DNA of 62,545 nt. Source: Spirochaetia bacterium (GTDB taxonomy: Bacteria; Spirochaetota; Spirochaetia; CADAEX01). The stretch is from positions 1 through 62,545 of the forward strand of contig CAXXHA010000041.1 of assembly GCA_963662265.2 (NCBI GenBank). The letters are read 5' to 3'. The notes under the pieces are model-generated. The model was not told the origin of the DNA and made no database searches. It saw only the letters and a program-made list of their open reading frames with translations. Below are positions 9,730-18,927 of this stretch, in pieces (positions within the stretch are counted from its first letter, which is position 1; each line of letters starts with the position of its first letter). The position numbers and the translations under genes are program-made.

Positions 9730-11031
9730 ATGATCTGGAATCCGGATGCAGAAACAGCTGATAAAAAAGATATGAGGCAGCACCAGGTGGAAAGCCTTAG
9801 AAATCTGGTTGAAATGGTTTACAATAATGTTCCTTTTTATAAGAGAAAATTTGATGAGGCCGGGGTAAAACCTGAGGATATTGTAACACTTGATGACATT
9901 CAGAAACTTCCGTTTACAACAAAATATGAACTCAGAGAGACCTATCCGTATGGACTTGTAGCATCTCCCCAGAAAGATATTGTGGAAGTGCATGCTTCAT
10001 CAGGAACAACCGGTACTCCTGTTGTTGATGCATATACAGAAAAAGATATTGATATCTGGTCAGACGCCATGGCAAGAACTCTTGCAATGGCAGGAGCTAC
10101 ACCCAAAGATATAATTCAGAATGCATACGGCTATGGACTTTTTACAGGCGGGCTGGGTGTGCATTACGGTACACGAAGGCTGGGGGCGCAGATTGTGCCT
10201 ATATCAGCAGGGAATACAGCAAAACAGCTTGCAGTTATGAAAGATTTCGGTGCAACAATTCTTACATGTACACCTTCCTATTCTCTCTATCTTGCAGAAG
10301 CTGCCAGGGACATGGGAGTTGACTTCAGGGACCTTCCTCTCAAGGCGGGATGTTTCGGTGCAGAACCCTGGAGTAACAACATGAGGGATGAGATTGAAAA
10401 CAAACTTAATTTAAGCGCTCATGATATTTACGGACTTACAGAAATTATAGGTCCGGGTGTTGCTTCTGAATGCAGCGAGAAAAACGGTCTCCATATTAAT
10501 GAAGATTATTTTTATCCTGAAATTATTGATCCTGAAACAGGAGAAGTTCTTCCGGAAGGAGAGAAGGGGGAACTTGTTTTCACAACTCTTACAAGAACCG
10601 GTACTCCCATTATCCGTTACAGGACACGTGATATCACATATTTGTTCAGGGACAAATGTTCCTGCGGAAGAACTACAATAAAAATGCACAGGCTTTTCGG
10701 CAGAAATGATGATATGATGATAATAAGGGGTGTAAATGTATTCCCTTCACAGATTGAAGATATTCTTGTACAGATTGAGGGAACTGAACCCCATTACCAG
10801 ATTATTCTCAACAGGGGTGAAAAACATCTCGATGAAATAGAAATCCAGGTAGAGGTTGAGGAAAGTTTCTTTTCTGATGAAACAAAAGTTATGGAGAATC
10901 TCAGAAGGAAAATTTCAGAAACTATAAAGTCAAAGCTTGGAATTAATGGTATAATCAAGTTGGTTGAACCCAGAACAATTGCAAGAAGTGAAGGAAAAGC
11001 AAAAAGGGTTATTGATAATAGAATTATATAA
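9730..11031 (+). CDS. paaK: Phenylacetate--CoA ligase
   Basis: HASSGTTG, YGYGLFTGGLG, FGAEPWS, DIYGLTE, IRGVNVFPSQIE. Confidence 0.92.
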   Translation: MIWNPDAETADKKDMRQHQVESLRNLVEMVYNNVPFYKRKFDEAGVKPEDIVTLDDIQKLPFTTKYELRETYPYGLVASPQKDIVEVHASSGTTGTPVVDAYTEKDIDIWSDAMARTLAMAGATPKDIIQNAYGYGLFTGGLGVHYGTRRLGAQIVPISAGNTAKQLAVMKDFGATILTCTPSYSLYLAEAARDMGVDFRDLPLKAGCFGAEPWSNNMRDEIENKLNLSAHDIYGLTEIIGPGVASECSEKNGLHINEDYFYPEIIDPETGEVLPEGEKGELVFTTLTRTGTPIIRYRTRDITYLFRDKCSCGRTTIKMHRLFGRNDDMMIIRGVNVFPSQIEDILVQIEGTEPHYQIILNRGEKHLDEIEIQVEVEESFFSDETKVMENLRRKISETIKSKLGINGIIKLVEPRTIARSEGKAKRVIDNRII

Positions 11032-11067
11032 AGGAAAATTGTTAAAAATAAAGTTTTTGACAAAGAT

Positions 11068-11136
11068 CAGAGACTTCCGGAAAGGAAGTGCTCGCAACGA
11101 CAGAGACTTTCTTGAAAAGAAAGTACTCGATAGCGA
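11068..11136 (+). repeat. Tandem pair of similar bulged hairpins before the ACT gene
   Basis: CAGAG-ACTTCC-GGAAA-GGAAGT-G-CTCG and CAGAG-ACTTTCT-TGAAA-AGAAAGT-A-CTCG. Confidence 0.6.
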
Positions 11137-11150
11137 TACAGGAGGATAAT

Positions 11151-11573
11151 ATGACTATCAACCAGATATCAGTATTTCTTGAAAATAAATCAGGAAGACT
11201 TGCAGATGTAACAAGAGTTCTTGCTGAAGGCGATATAAATTTAAGGGCAATGACAATAGCAGATACTGCTGATTTCGGAATTTTAAGAGTTGTTGTTAAT
11301 AATCCGGATAAAGCTGCCCGGATTCTTGAAGAGAACGGCTTTACAATAAGAATTACAAAAGTATTGGGAATTGAAATTGATGATAAACCGGGCGGGCTTC
11401 ACAAGATTATGGAGCTTTTCAAGGAAAACGGCCTTAATATTGAATATCTCTATGCATCGCTTGAGAACAAGAATAAGAAAGCGGTTGTGATTTTTAAAGT
11501 GGAAGATGTAAATCTTGGACTGAGAATAATAGAGAGTAATTCACTTGTTGCAATTTCTGGAAACGATCTTTAG
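11151..11573 (+). CDS. ACT domain protein (paaK-associated)
   Basis: QISVFLENKSGRL, IADTADFGILR, DKPGGL, NIEYLYA; SD AGGAGG. Confidence 0.9.
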   Translation: MTINQISVFLENKSGRLADVTRVLAEGDINLRAMTIADTADFGILRVVVNNPDKAARILEENGFTIRITKVLGIEIDDKPGGLHKIMELFKENGLNIEYLYASLENKNKKAVVIFKVEDVNLGLRIIESNSLVAISGNDL

Positions 11574-12696
11574 AAAAACAGCGGGCAGGATTTTAATACT
11601 CCTGCCTTTATTCTTAATACTGCTCTCCTGCGGGAAAAGCGGGGACAGCTATGCCGGATACAGTTATCCGGCAGGTAAAGCTGCGAATGAAGCCCTTGAG
11701 ATGGATGTATCATTTGCAGAGCCTGCAATGCTGCATAAGAGTGCCCCTGCTCCTGAAAACAGGAATTCTTCGGCAGAACCTGAGCAGATGAGAAAAAAAA
11801 GTTTCCGTGCGGGGTGTTCTGTAAGAGTTCCGGATCCCGATACCTCTATATTAAATCTTGGTAAAATAGCTGAAAAACATGATGGTAATATTGATTCGGT
11901 TAACGGAAGAACTGCTGTTCTTAAAGTTCCTGTAAAAAATCTGGATTCAGCTCTGGATGAGATAAAGAAAACAGGCGAAGTATTATCTGAATACAAAGAA
12001 GCAGAAGATGTAACTGAATATTATTTCGATCTTGACGGGAGGATTAAACTTCTTGAAAAGTCCCGTTCAAGACTGACTGCTTTGCTTAATTATGAAAAAG
12101 ATGTTAAGGAAAAAGTAAAAATCCTCAGAGAAATCAAGAGAATTGATGATGAACTTGAAAGGCTTAAATCATCTCTATCCTCACTTGAAGAACGTATCAG
12201 GTATTCTGAAATAACTGTCACTTATATTCCTTTTAATGATTATGAACCTGACAGGAAAATCCCTTTCAGGTGGATTGAGAACCTGGACCCGTACAGCTGT
12301 TCCGTTAAGGAGATCTACCGGCGGGTAAAGCTTCCTCTTCCTGATGATTTTGCTGTTTTAAAGAAGAAAAGGTATTTTCATGCTGAAACTTCAGACGGAA
12401 CCCGGGCGAGAATCGGGTCTGTAAGGAACCAGCCTGAGGGAGATACGGAATTCTGGCAGAAAGCGCTTGTCTTTTATATGGAAAGATATTACAGCCGGAG
12501 TGAAATATCAGATTCCGGAAATGTCAGGGGTGTTGTCTTTTCTCCCAAAGCCGGAGACAGCTACAGGTATTTTACCGGTACATATATAAGAGGCCCTCTC
12601 CTTTACATTATTGAAGTTTTTTATCCTGATGAAGAGAGTTTTACGAAGCATAAAGATGGTGTTGATGAAGCTCTTGAAAAGATGAGGATCAGATGA
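11545..12696 (+). CDS. DUF4349-like lipoprotein with an extra C-terminal domain
   Basis: Lipobox LLSC; LKVP..EDVTEYYFDLDGRI..coiled coil..YSEITV pattern. Confidence 0.7.
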   Translation: MLQFLETIFRKTAGRILILLPLFLILLSCGKSGDSYAGYSYPAGKAANEALEMDVSFAEPAMLHKSAPAPENRNSSAEPEQMRKKSFRAGCSVRVPDPDTSILNLGKIAEKHDGNIDSVNGRTAVLKVPVKNLDSALDEIKKTGEVLSEYKEAEDVTEYYFDLDGRIKLLEKSRSRLTALLNYEKDVKEKVKILREIKRIDDELERLKSSLSSLEERIRYSEITVTYIPFNDYEPDRKIPFRWIENLDPYSCSVKEIYRRVKLPLPDDFAVLKKKRYFHAETSDGTRARIGSVRNQPEGDTEFWQKALVFYMERYYSRSEISDSGNVRGVVFSPKAGDSYRYFTGTYIRGPLLYIIEVFYPDEESFTKHKDGVDEALEKMRIR

Positions 12697-13295
12697 GACC
12701 TTTTTATATAATTTTATCAGCAATATTAATATTTTCCCCTGTATTTCTGCACGCAGATTCAGACAGGGATTTCAGGCATCTGAATGCTGATCTTATTGTC
12801 AGTGACAGAACTGCAGCCGGGCTGTTTTTTACAGCATGGGGAGAGGATAATGGGGGATATTATCTGAGGTCTTCCGATACAGGTGTTGTGCTGAGGATTC
12901 CTGAATTTAATAATGAAGATTTTAATGACTTACTGACAAATCATGGAGAGATTGCAGGTTACTCCTACAGGTCGGAAAACCTTGACAGGGAAATAAAGAT
13001 TGCAGAAGGTCAGCTTGCCTCAAGGGAAAAACTACTCTCGGATTACTATTCCCTGATGAGCAGTTCAGATTTCAGAAGCACTTTAAGCCTTGAGAAGGAA
13101 ATATCTGCAGTTCTCAGGGAGATTGAACAGCTGAAAGGGCGTATAAAAAAACTGAAGCATGACAGGAATTATGCCCTTGTCGAAATAAAATTTTACTCGG
13201 AAGAATTATATTCATCATCTGATATTTCCTCTTTCGACTGGATCAACAATATCGATTTTCATTACCTGATGGAAGAGGAGGTATATGATGAGTAG
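12693..13295 (+). CDS. Secreted DUF4349-like protein
   Basis: Signal peptide; LRIP, coiled coil EIEQLKGRIKKL, YALVEI; paralogous to the N-terminal half of the upstream gene. Confidence 0.65.
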   Translation: MRPFYIILSAILIFSPVFLHADSDRDFRHLNADLIVSDRTAAGLFFTAWGEDNGGYYLRSSDTGVVLRIPEFNNEDFNDLLTNHGEIAGYSYRSENLDREIKIAEGQLASREKLLSDYYSLMSSSDFRSTLSLEKEISAVLREIEQLKGRIKKLKHDRNYALVEIKFYSEELYSSSDISSFDWINNIDFHYLMEEEVYDE

Positions 13296-13731
13296 AAAAA
13301 TTATATTATTGCTTCTGTTCTCATTTTTACTGCAGGGCTGCAGTAAATATTCGATAGAACCTCCTGCCGGCTTTGCTGCCATGAAAAAAAACAGTAATAC
13401 ATATTATTACAGCCCGGACGGTATAAAGATAAAGGTAAGTGTATTTTCCAATAAACCTCAGAGAGACAGGGAATTCTGGAATAATGCTCTTAAAAATCAT
13501 CTTTCGAAAAAAGGGTATGTTTATCTGGAGGACTCCTCATCTGGAAATGAGAATAACGTAAATACTGATTACTGGCTGCTGTCCTACGGCAGGGATTATT
13601 ATATTTACATGACATCGGTATTTACAAGCAGCCGGTATATTGTCACTGCAGAAGCAGCAGGTGAAAAAAAGCTTTTTGAAAAATACCGGGATGTTATTGA
13701 AGATTCTTTATCTACTCTGAAATTACGTTAG
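13288..13731 (+). CDS. Hypothetical lipoprotein
   Basis: Lipobox LQGC; resembles the C-terminal domain of 11545-12696; SD GAGGAGG. Confidence 0.7.
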   Translation: MSRKIILLLLFSFLLQGCSKYSIEPPAGFAAMKKNSNTYYYSPDGIKIKVSVFSNKPQRDREFWNNALKNHLSKKGYVYLEDSSSGNENNVNTDYWLLSYGRDYYIYMTSVFTSSRYIVTAEAAGEKKLFEKYRDVIEDSLSTLKLR

Positions 13732-13886
13732 CTAAACTGATTTATAAAAATATCTGGAATACAGGCACTAAATCCGCTAGACTATAAGTGAAGAGCTTAA
13801 TTTTTATTAGCTTTGTTTCAATGTGATGCGGCAGATAATCTGATACTGGCAGTATTACAAAATTACCGGCTGGAGGGGGCTTTAGA

Positions 13887-15200
13887 ATGAGCAGAGAAAA
13901 AAGCAGAAAAGTTTTTGTTATTGATACAAATGTTCTGATACATAAAAGTGATGCAATTCTGTCTTTTAAACAGTCAGATGTTGTCATCCCTGTCTGGGTA
14001 CTGGAGGAACTTGACAAGCTGAAATCATTCAGCGATGAGCGTGGGCGAAGTGCCAGACATGCAGTCAGGTTTCTTGATGAAATCTGCAGTCATGGGGATA
14101 TCAGCAAAGGTGTTAAGATTGAGAACGGGATAAAAGTCCGGGTTGATGTCAAGGAACACAGGCACCCTGATCATTCTCTTATGATGGACAAGCCTGATAA
14201 TAAAATTATATTTTCCGCACTTAATCTTCAGGAAAAAGGTGAAACAGTCTTTTTTGTATCAAAAGATATCAATGCAAGAGTCAAAGCCAGTGCACTGGGT
14301 ATTAAAGCTGTTGATTACAAAAAGCAGACTGTAAATATAAAGGATTTCTATCCCGGTTCAAAAGAATACACAGGTGAAAATTCAAATCCTTCATCTGTCG
14401 ACCAGTTTATCAGCAGTGGAGAGGCCGGCTGGGAAGAAAAGCTTTTTGAAAATCAGTATGCGATTATAAAAAAGGATGAAAGAGTTTTCCTCGGCCGCTA
14501 CAGTGCTGAAACAGCTAAAATTGGTAAAATATCCTATAACGGTGAAACAGTGTCTGGAATAAATCCGCTTAACGAAAGACAGAAAATAGCATTTGATATG
14601 CTTCTTGATGATTCTCTCAAGATTATTTCCCTTGTAGGTAAGGCAGGAACCGGAAAGACCCTTCTTGCAATTGCATCGGGAATCAGAAAAGTTCTTGTTG
14701 ATAAGATTTATACAAGAGTACTTGTGAGCAGGCCGGTTATCCCTATGGGGAAGGATATCGGATTCCTGCCCGGGGATAAAGAGGAAAAGATGTCCCACTG
14801 GATGCAGCCTATTTTTGATAACCTGAGCCAGATAATAGAGGCTGTTCCTGATAAGCAGGAACAGAAGAATATGGAGAACCTTGTTAAGAACAAGCAGATT
14901 GAAATTGAAGCACTCACATATATAAGGGGAAGATCTCTTCCGAACCAGTACATAATTATTGATGAGGCTCAGAACCTGACCCCTCATGAAATAAAAACTG
15001 TTGTAAGCCGGGCTGGTGAAAATACGAAGCTTATTCTTACAGGTGATCCCGACCAGATAGATAATCCCTATCTTGATGCAAGTTCAAACGGCCTGACATA
15101 TCTTGTCGAGGCATTCAAGGGACAGAAACTGTTCGGCCATATACTGCTTGAAAAGACAGAAAGAAGTGCTCTTTCAGATCTTGCTGCAAAACTGCTGTAG
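13887..15200 (+). CDS. PIN-PhoH (PhoH2) ATPase/RNase
   Basis: VIDTNVL PIN domain, GKAGTGKT Walker A, IRGRSL, DEAQN. Confidence 0.93.
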   Translation: MSREKSRKVFVIDTNVLIHKSDAILSFKQSDVVIPVWVLEELDKLKSFSDERGRSARHAVRFLDEICSHGDISKGVKIENGIKVRVDVKEHRHPDHSLMMDKPDNKIIFSALNLQEKGETVFFVSKDINARVKASALGIKAVDYKKQTVNIKDFYPGSKEYTGENSNPSSVDQFISSGEAGWEEKLFENQYAIIKKDERVFLGRYSAETAKIGKISYNGETVSGINPLNERQKIAFDMLLDDSLKIISLVGKAGTGKTLLAIASGIRKVLVDKIYTRVLVSRPVIPMGKDIGFLPGDKEEKMSHWMQPIFDNLSQIIEAVPDKQEQKNMENLVKNKQIEIEALTYIRGRSLPNQYIIIDEAQNLTPHEIKTVVSRAGENTKLILTGDPDQIDNPYLDASSNGLTYLVEAFKGQKLFGHILLEKTERSALSDLAAKLL

Positions 15201-15203
15201 GTT

Positions 15204-16232
15204 ATGAAGTTGTTTTTACGGAAAATAATACCTCTTTTTCTGCTGGTTTTAATCAGTTCAGGGTGTACAGGAAAAAATACAGAGCCTGTATCAGAAACTG
15301 CCTTCTACCTTGGAACAATTGTAAAAATCTCAATTTACAGCAAAGCTCCTGAAGGTATATTTGAAAAAGCATTCAGCCTGATTAACAGGTATGAAAACAA
15401 ACTGAGCCGTAATATAGCTGAAAGCGAAATATCTGAAATAAATTCAAATGCGGGGACTGGAAAGGTCCAGGTTTCTGAAGATACATTTGATCTTATAGAA
15501 AAAGGTATAAAATATTCCGGGCTTTCCGGCGGCAGGTTTGATATTTCAATCGGCCCCCTTGTCTCTCTCTGGGGTATAGGCACAGAAAACGCCAGGGTCC
15601 CGGGCGAAGATGAAATCATAAAGAGCCGCGGTAAAACTGATTATACTAAAATTTTGCTTAACAGGGAGCACCGCACAGTCATGCTTACTGAAGAAGGTAT
15701 GGCTATTGACTGCGGCGCAATTGCAAAAGGTTTTATCGCGGACCGCGTGCTTGAGCTTCTTGAGAGTGAAGGGGTGGAAAGCGCAATTATCAATCTCGGC
15801 GGCAATATTCTTACTCTCGGATCAAAACCCGGAGGCATTCTTTTTAGAATAGGTGTTCAGGATCCGTCAGATACCAGGGGGGAATATATAGGAATAGCTG
15901 AACTGGATGGGAAATCGCTTGTTACTTCAGGAATATATGAAAGATATTTTGAACAGGATGGGGTGAGGTATCATCATATACTGGATCCTGATACAGGCTA
16001 TCCTGTGGATAATCATGTAACCGGTATTTCTGTGCTGACAGATAAATCGGTAGACGGCGATGCACTGTCAACAACCTTTTTTGCGATGGGGATTGAACAA
16101 GGTCTTGAATATGCTTCTTCCGATGACAATATTGAAGTGCTTTTTGTTTCAGATGACAACAGACTGTACATGACAGATGGTTTCAAGAATATTTTCACAC
16201 TGAAAAATCATGAATATTCAATTGCTGAATAA
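15204..16232 (+). CDS. apbE: FAD:protein FMN transferase lipoprotein
   Basis: Lipobox SSGC; FDISIGPL, GAIAKGF, TSGIYERY, HHILDP, DALST. Confidence 0.93.
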   Translation: MKLFLRKIIPLFLLVLISSGCTGKNTEPVSETAFYLGTIVKISIYSKAPEGIFEKAFSLINRYENKLSRNIAESEISEINSNAGTGKVQVSEDTFDLIEKGIKYSGLSGGRFDISIGPLVSLWGIGTENARVPGEDEIIKSRGKTDYTKILLNREHRTVMLTEEGMAIDCGAIAKGFIADRVLELLESEGVESAIINLGGNILTLGSKPGGILFRIGVQDPSDTRGEYIGIAELDGKSLVTSGIYERYFEQDGVRYHHILDPDTGYPVDNHVTGISVLTDKSVDGDALSTTFFAMGIEQGLEYASSDDNIEVLFVSDDNRLYMTDGFKNIFTLKNHEYSIAE

Positions 16233-16366
16233 TGAATTATTACAAATAATCAGTTTCCGGTTGGCCCGAAAATAGTTATATTTCATACAGATGATCAGAA
16301 TGTTGACAAAGCGGTTATTTTATAATAATTTCATATTAACAATGTAGGAAAAGTGGGAAAAATATT

Positions 16367-16798
16367 ATGTTCCAGATTTCAACCAGGTTCAGATATGGAT
16401 TGAGGGCACTGGCATTTCTTGCCGGCTATGACCGCTCTGATACTGTCAATTTACACTTTATCGCGGAAAAAGAAAATATCTCCAGAAAGTATCTCGAGAA
16501 TATTTTCAAACTTCTTAAAAAAGGGAAGATTGTCCGGAGTGTAAGAGGCCGTGAAGGGGGGTATGCCCTTGTGAAAAGCGCTGATGAAGTTACACTCTAT
16601 GAGATAATGACTGCAATAGAGGGGCATGTCACTCTTGTTGATTGTGTTGAAAATTCTTCAGTCTGCAGGAAGAATAATGAATGCGGCGTAAGGCTTTTCT
16701 GGAAAGATTACCAGGATTATATTGCCAGTTATCTGGCTGATATGACACTTCAGGATTTTATTGATAAATACCTGATCAGTGAGACAGAAAACAACTGA
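16367..16798 (+). CDS. Rrf2 family regulator (IscR-like, three Cys)
   Basis: ISRKYLENIF, SVRGREGGY, C-x5-C-x5-C; leads the nifS-iscU operon. Confidence 0.9.
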   Translation: MFQISTRFRYGLRALAFLAGYDRSDTVNLHFIAEKENISRKYLENIFKLLKKGKIVRSVRGREGGYALVKSADEVTLYEIMTAIEGHVTLVDCVENSSVCRKNNECGVRLFWKDYQDYIASYLADMTLQDFIDKYLISETENN

Positions 16799-16834
16799 AA
16801 TAAACAGAATAAATAAATATAAGGATGATATGAA

Positions 16835-18031
16835 ATGAAAAATATTTACCTTGATTATAATGCTACTACGCCTATTCACCCTGAAGTTAAGAAGGCGCTT
16901 GTTGAGAGTTTTGATCTTTTCGGAAATCCTTCAAGCCTTCATACTCCAGGCAGGTCTGCCAACAGCAGGATAACAGAGGCAAGGGAAAACATTGCAAAAC
17001 TTATCAATGCGGATCCGGAGGAAATTATTTTTACAGCCGGAGGTTCTGAATCCAACAATACTGTGCTTAAATATATTGTCTGCAATCCTGCAACAGGATG
17101 TGAGAAGAGCTGTTGCTCTCTTGGGGGCAGAAATCAGATTATTACATCTGTAATCGAGCATCCTAGTATTACTTCAGTACGTGATTTTATCAAGTCGCAG
17201 GGGGGGACAATGGAACTCCTTGATGTTGATAAATATGGTAAAGTTGATATAGAACAGCTTAAGGAAAAAATAAGCGGAAAAACTGCACTTGTCTCAATAA
17301 TGATGGCAAACAACGAGATAGGAACTATTCAGAATATCAGGGAAATTGCCGAGATAGCTAAAGCAAACGGTGTTCTGATGCATACTGATGCTGTTCAGGC
17401 ACTCGGGAAACTGCATATAGATGTTAAGAGTCTCGGTGTTGATTACATGAGTCTTTCCGGTCATAAAATTTATGCTCCGAAAGGGATAGGCGTTCTTTAT
17501 GTAAGAAAAGGAGCTCCATACTGTCCTTTTATTCACGGCGGACATCAGGAGGATGGAAGAAGAGCCGGTACACTCAATAATATGGGTATTATCGGATTCG
17601 GAAAAGCAGCAGAAGTAGCTCTCCGTGACATTGACAGTGAGTATAAGAAGCTTAAATTTTTGAGGGATAAACTTAAAAACGGAATTATTGAAAACATTCC
17701 TGATGTAAAAATCAATGGACATCCTGATGACTGCCTTCCGAATACACTTAATGTATCTTTTCAAGGTGCTGAAGGGGAATCCATACTTCTTTATCTTGAC
17801 CTTGACGGAATTGCAGTTTCAACAGGATCTGCATGTTCATCAGATTCACTTGAACCGAGTACAGTTCTTCTTGCTACAGGTCTCGGCCCTGAACTTGCTC
17901 ACGGTTCAATACGATTCAGTCTCGGAAGGGAAAATACTGAGGAGGAGATTGATTATGTTCTTGAAAAACTTCCTCAGGTTATCGAACGTATAAGAAAAAT
18001 GTCAACAATATACAGCGGAGGAAAGAAATGA
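16835..18031 (+). CDS. nifS: Cysteine desulfurase, NifS/IscS type
   Basis: YLDYNATT, HTDAVQ, SGHKIY (PLP Lys), STGSACSS. Confidence 0.95.
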   Translation: MKNIYLDYNATTPIHPEVKKALVESFDLFGNPSSLHTPGRSANSRITEARENIAKLINADPEEIIFTAGGSESNNTVLKYIVCNPATGCEKSCCSLGGRNQIITSVIEHPSITSVRDFIKSQGGTMELLDVDKYGKVDIEQLKEKISGKTALVSIMMANNEIGTIQNIREIAEIAKANGVLMHTDAVQALGKLHIDVKSLGVDYMSLSGHKIYAPKGIGVLYVRKGAPYCPFIHGGHQEDGRRAGTLNNMGIIGFGKAAEVALRDIDSEYKKLKFLRDKLKNGIIENIPDVKINGHPDDCLPNTLNVSFQGAEGESILLYLDLDGIAVSTGSACSSDSLEPSTVLLATGLGPELAHGSIRFSLGRENTEEEIDYVLEKLPQVIERIRKMSTIYSGGKK

Positions 18032-18624
18032 CAGGAAATTCCTGGTTATACAGCGATGAAGTAAAGGAACATTTTCAGAATCCTAAAAATGTTCTTGATG
18101 ACGAAGATAAATATGAAAGCGACGGCAGGGGTGAAGTGGGAAATATTTCCTGCGGTGACCAGATGCTTGTTGTTATCAAGGTTTCTGACGGAAAAATCAG
18201 TGACTGTAAATGGAAAACTTACGGCTGCGCAAGCGCGATTGCAAGTACTTCCATGATGTCTGAAATGGTTAAGGGTATGACAATAAAGGACGCATATCAT
18301 ATAAAGCCTGAAGAGATAGTCGGCAGCCTTGGCGGACTTCCGGATCACAAGATTCACTGTTCTGTCCTCGGCGACAGGGCTTTAAGAGCCGCAATCGAGG
18401 ATTATTACAGACGAAATAATCTTGAGTCTGAAATTGAAGAGATAGAGGCAAAGGTAATCTGTCACTGTCAGAATGTTACAGACAAGGATATTGAGAAATT
18501 TGTCATGGAGGGGGGCAAGACTTTTGAAGAGCTCCAGGAAAAAACAAAACTTGGAACAGTCTGCGGCGGATGTGTCGATACAGCCAAAGAACTCCTGCAT
18601 GAATACCACCATTTATACGGATAG
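18028..18624 (+). CDS. IscU/NifU-N scaffold fused to a BFD-like [2Fe-2S] domain
   Basis: SCGD, YGCASAIAS, KIHCSVL, then CHC...GTVCGGC. Confidence 0.9.
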   Translation: MTGNSWLYSDEVKEHFQNPKNVLDDEDKYESDGRGEVGNISCGDQMLVVIKVSDGKISDCKWKTYGCASAIASTSMMSEMVKGMTIKDAYHIKPEEIVGSLGGLPDHKIHCSVLGDRALRAAIEDYYRRNNLESEIEEIEAKVICHCQNVTDKDIEKFVMEGGKTFEELQEKTKLGTVCGGCVDTAKELLHEYHHLYG

Positions 18625-18680
18625 ACAAAAATCTTGTTAAAATTTATTTGACAGTTTATAATTTCCCTGACACCTTGTGT

Positions 18681-18824
18681 CAGGGATTTTCTACATGGAC
18701 GTAGTTATCCCGGCCCGACAGGACGTCGGAAAAGCCGGGATTCTACATGGATGTAGTTATCCCTGCCCGGCATTGACTATTGTCCCGTTTCAAACGGGGT
18801 GCCGATGAGGCCGGGTTTTTTTTT
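18681..18824 (+). ncRNA. Candidate structured sRNA with three A(N)GGA-loop hairpins (CsrA-binding or TwoAYGGAY-like) and a terminator
   Basis: Closing stem CAGGGAT/ATCCCTG; hairpins CTAC-ATGGAC-GTAG, CCGAC-AGGAC-GTCGG, CTAC-ATGGAT-GTAG; then CCCGGC...GCCGGG + T9; TTGACA at 18648. Confidence 0.6.
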
Positions 18825-18927
18825 GCACAGAGCAGTACAGTACTGCGCAGTGATTATTATACTGCATTGTAAATGACTTTGAGAAATGGATGTCTAACAA
18901 GAAAATAAACTTTAAAGGCGGGTTTTT

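Noticed and set aside
18691-18760. CRISPR-like repeat (CTACATGGAYGTAGTTATCCC twice)
   Set aside because: Only two units, the spacer is itself a hairpin, and there are no cas genes; better explained as RNA structure
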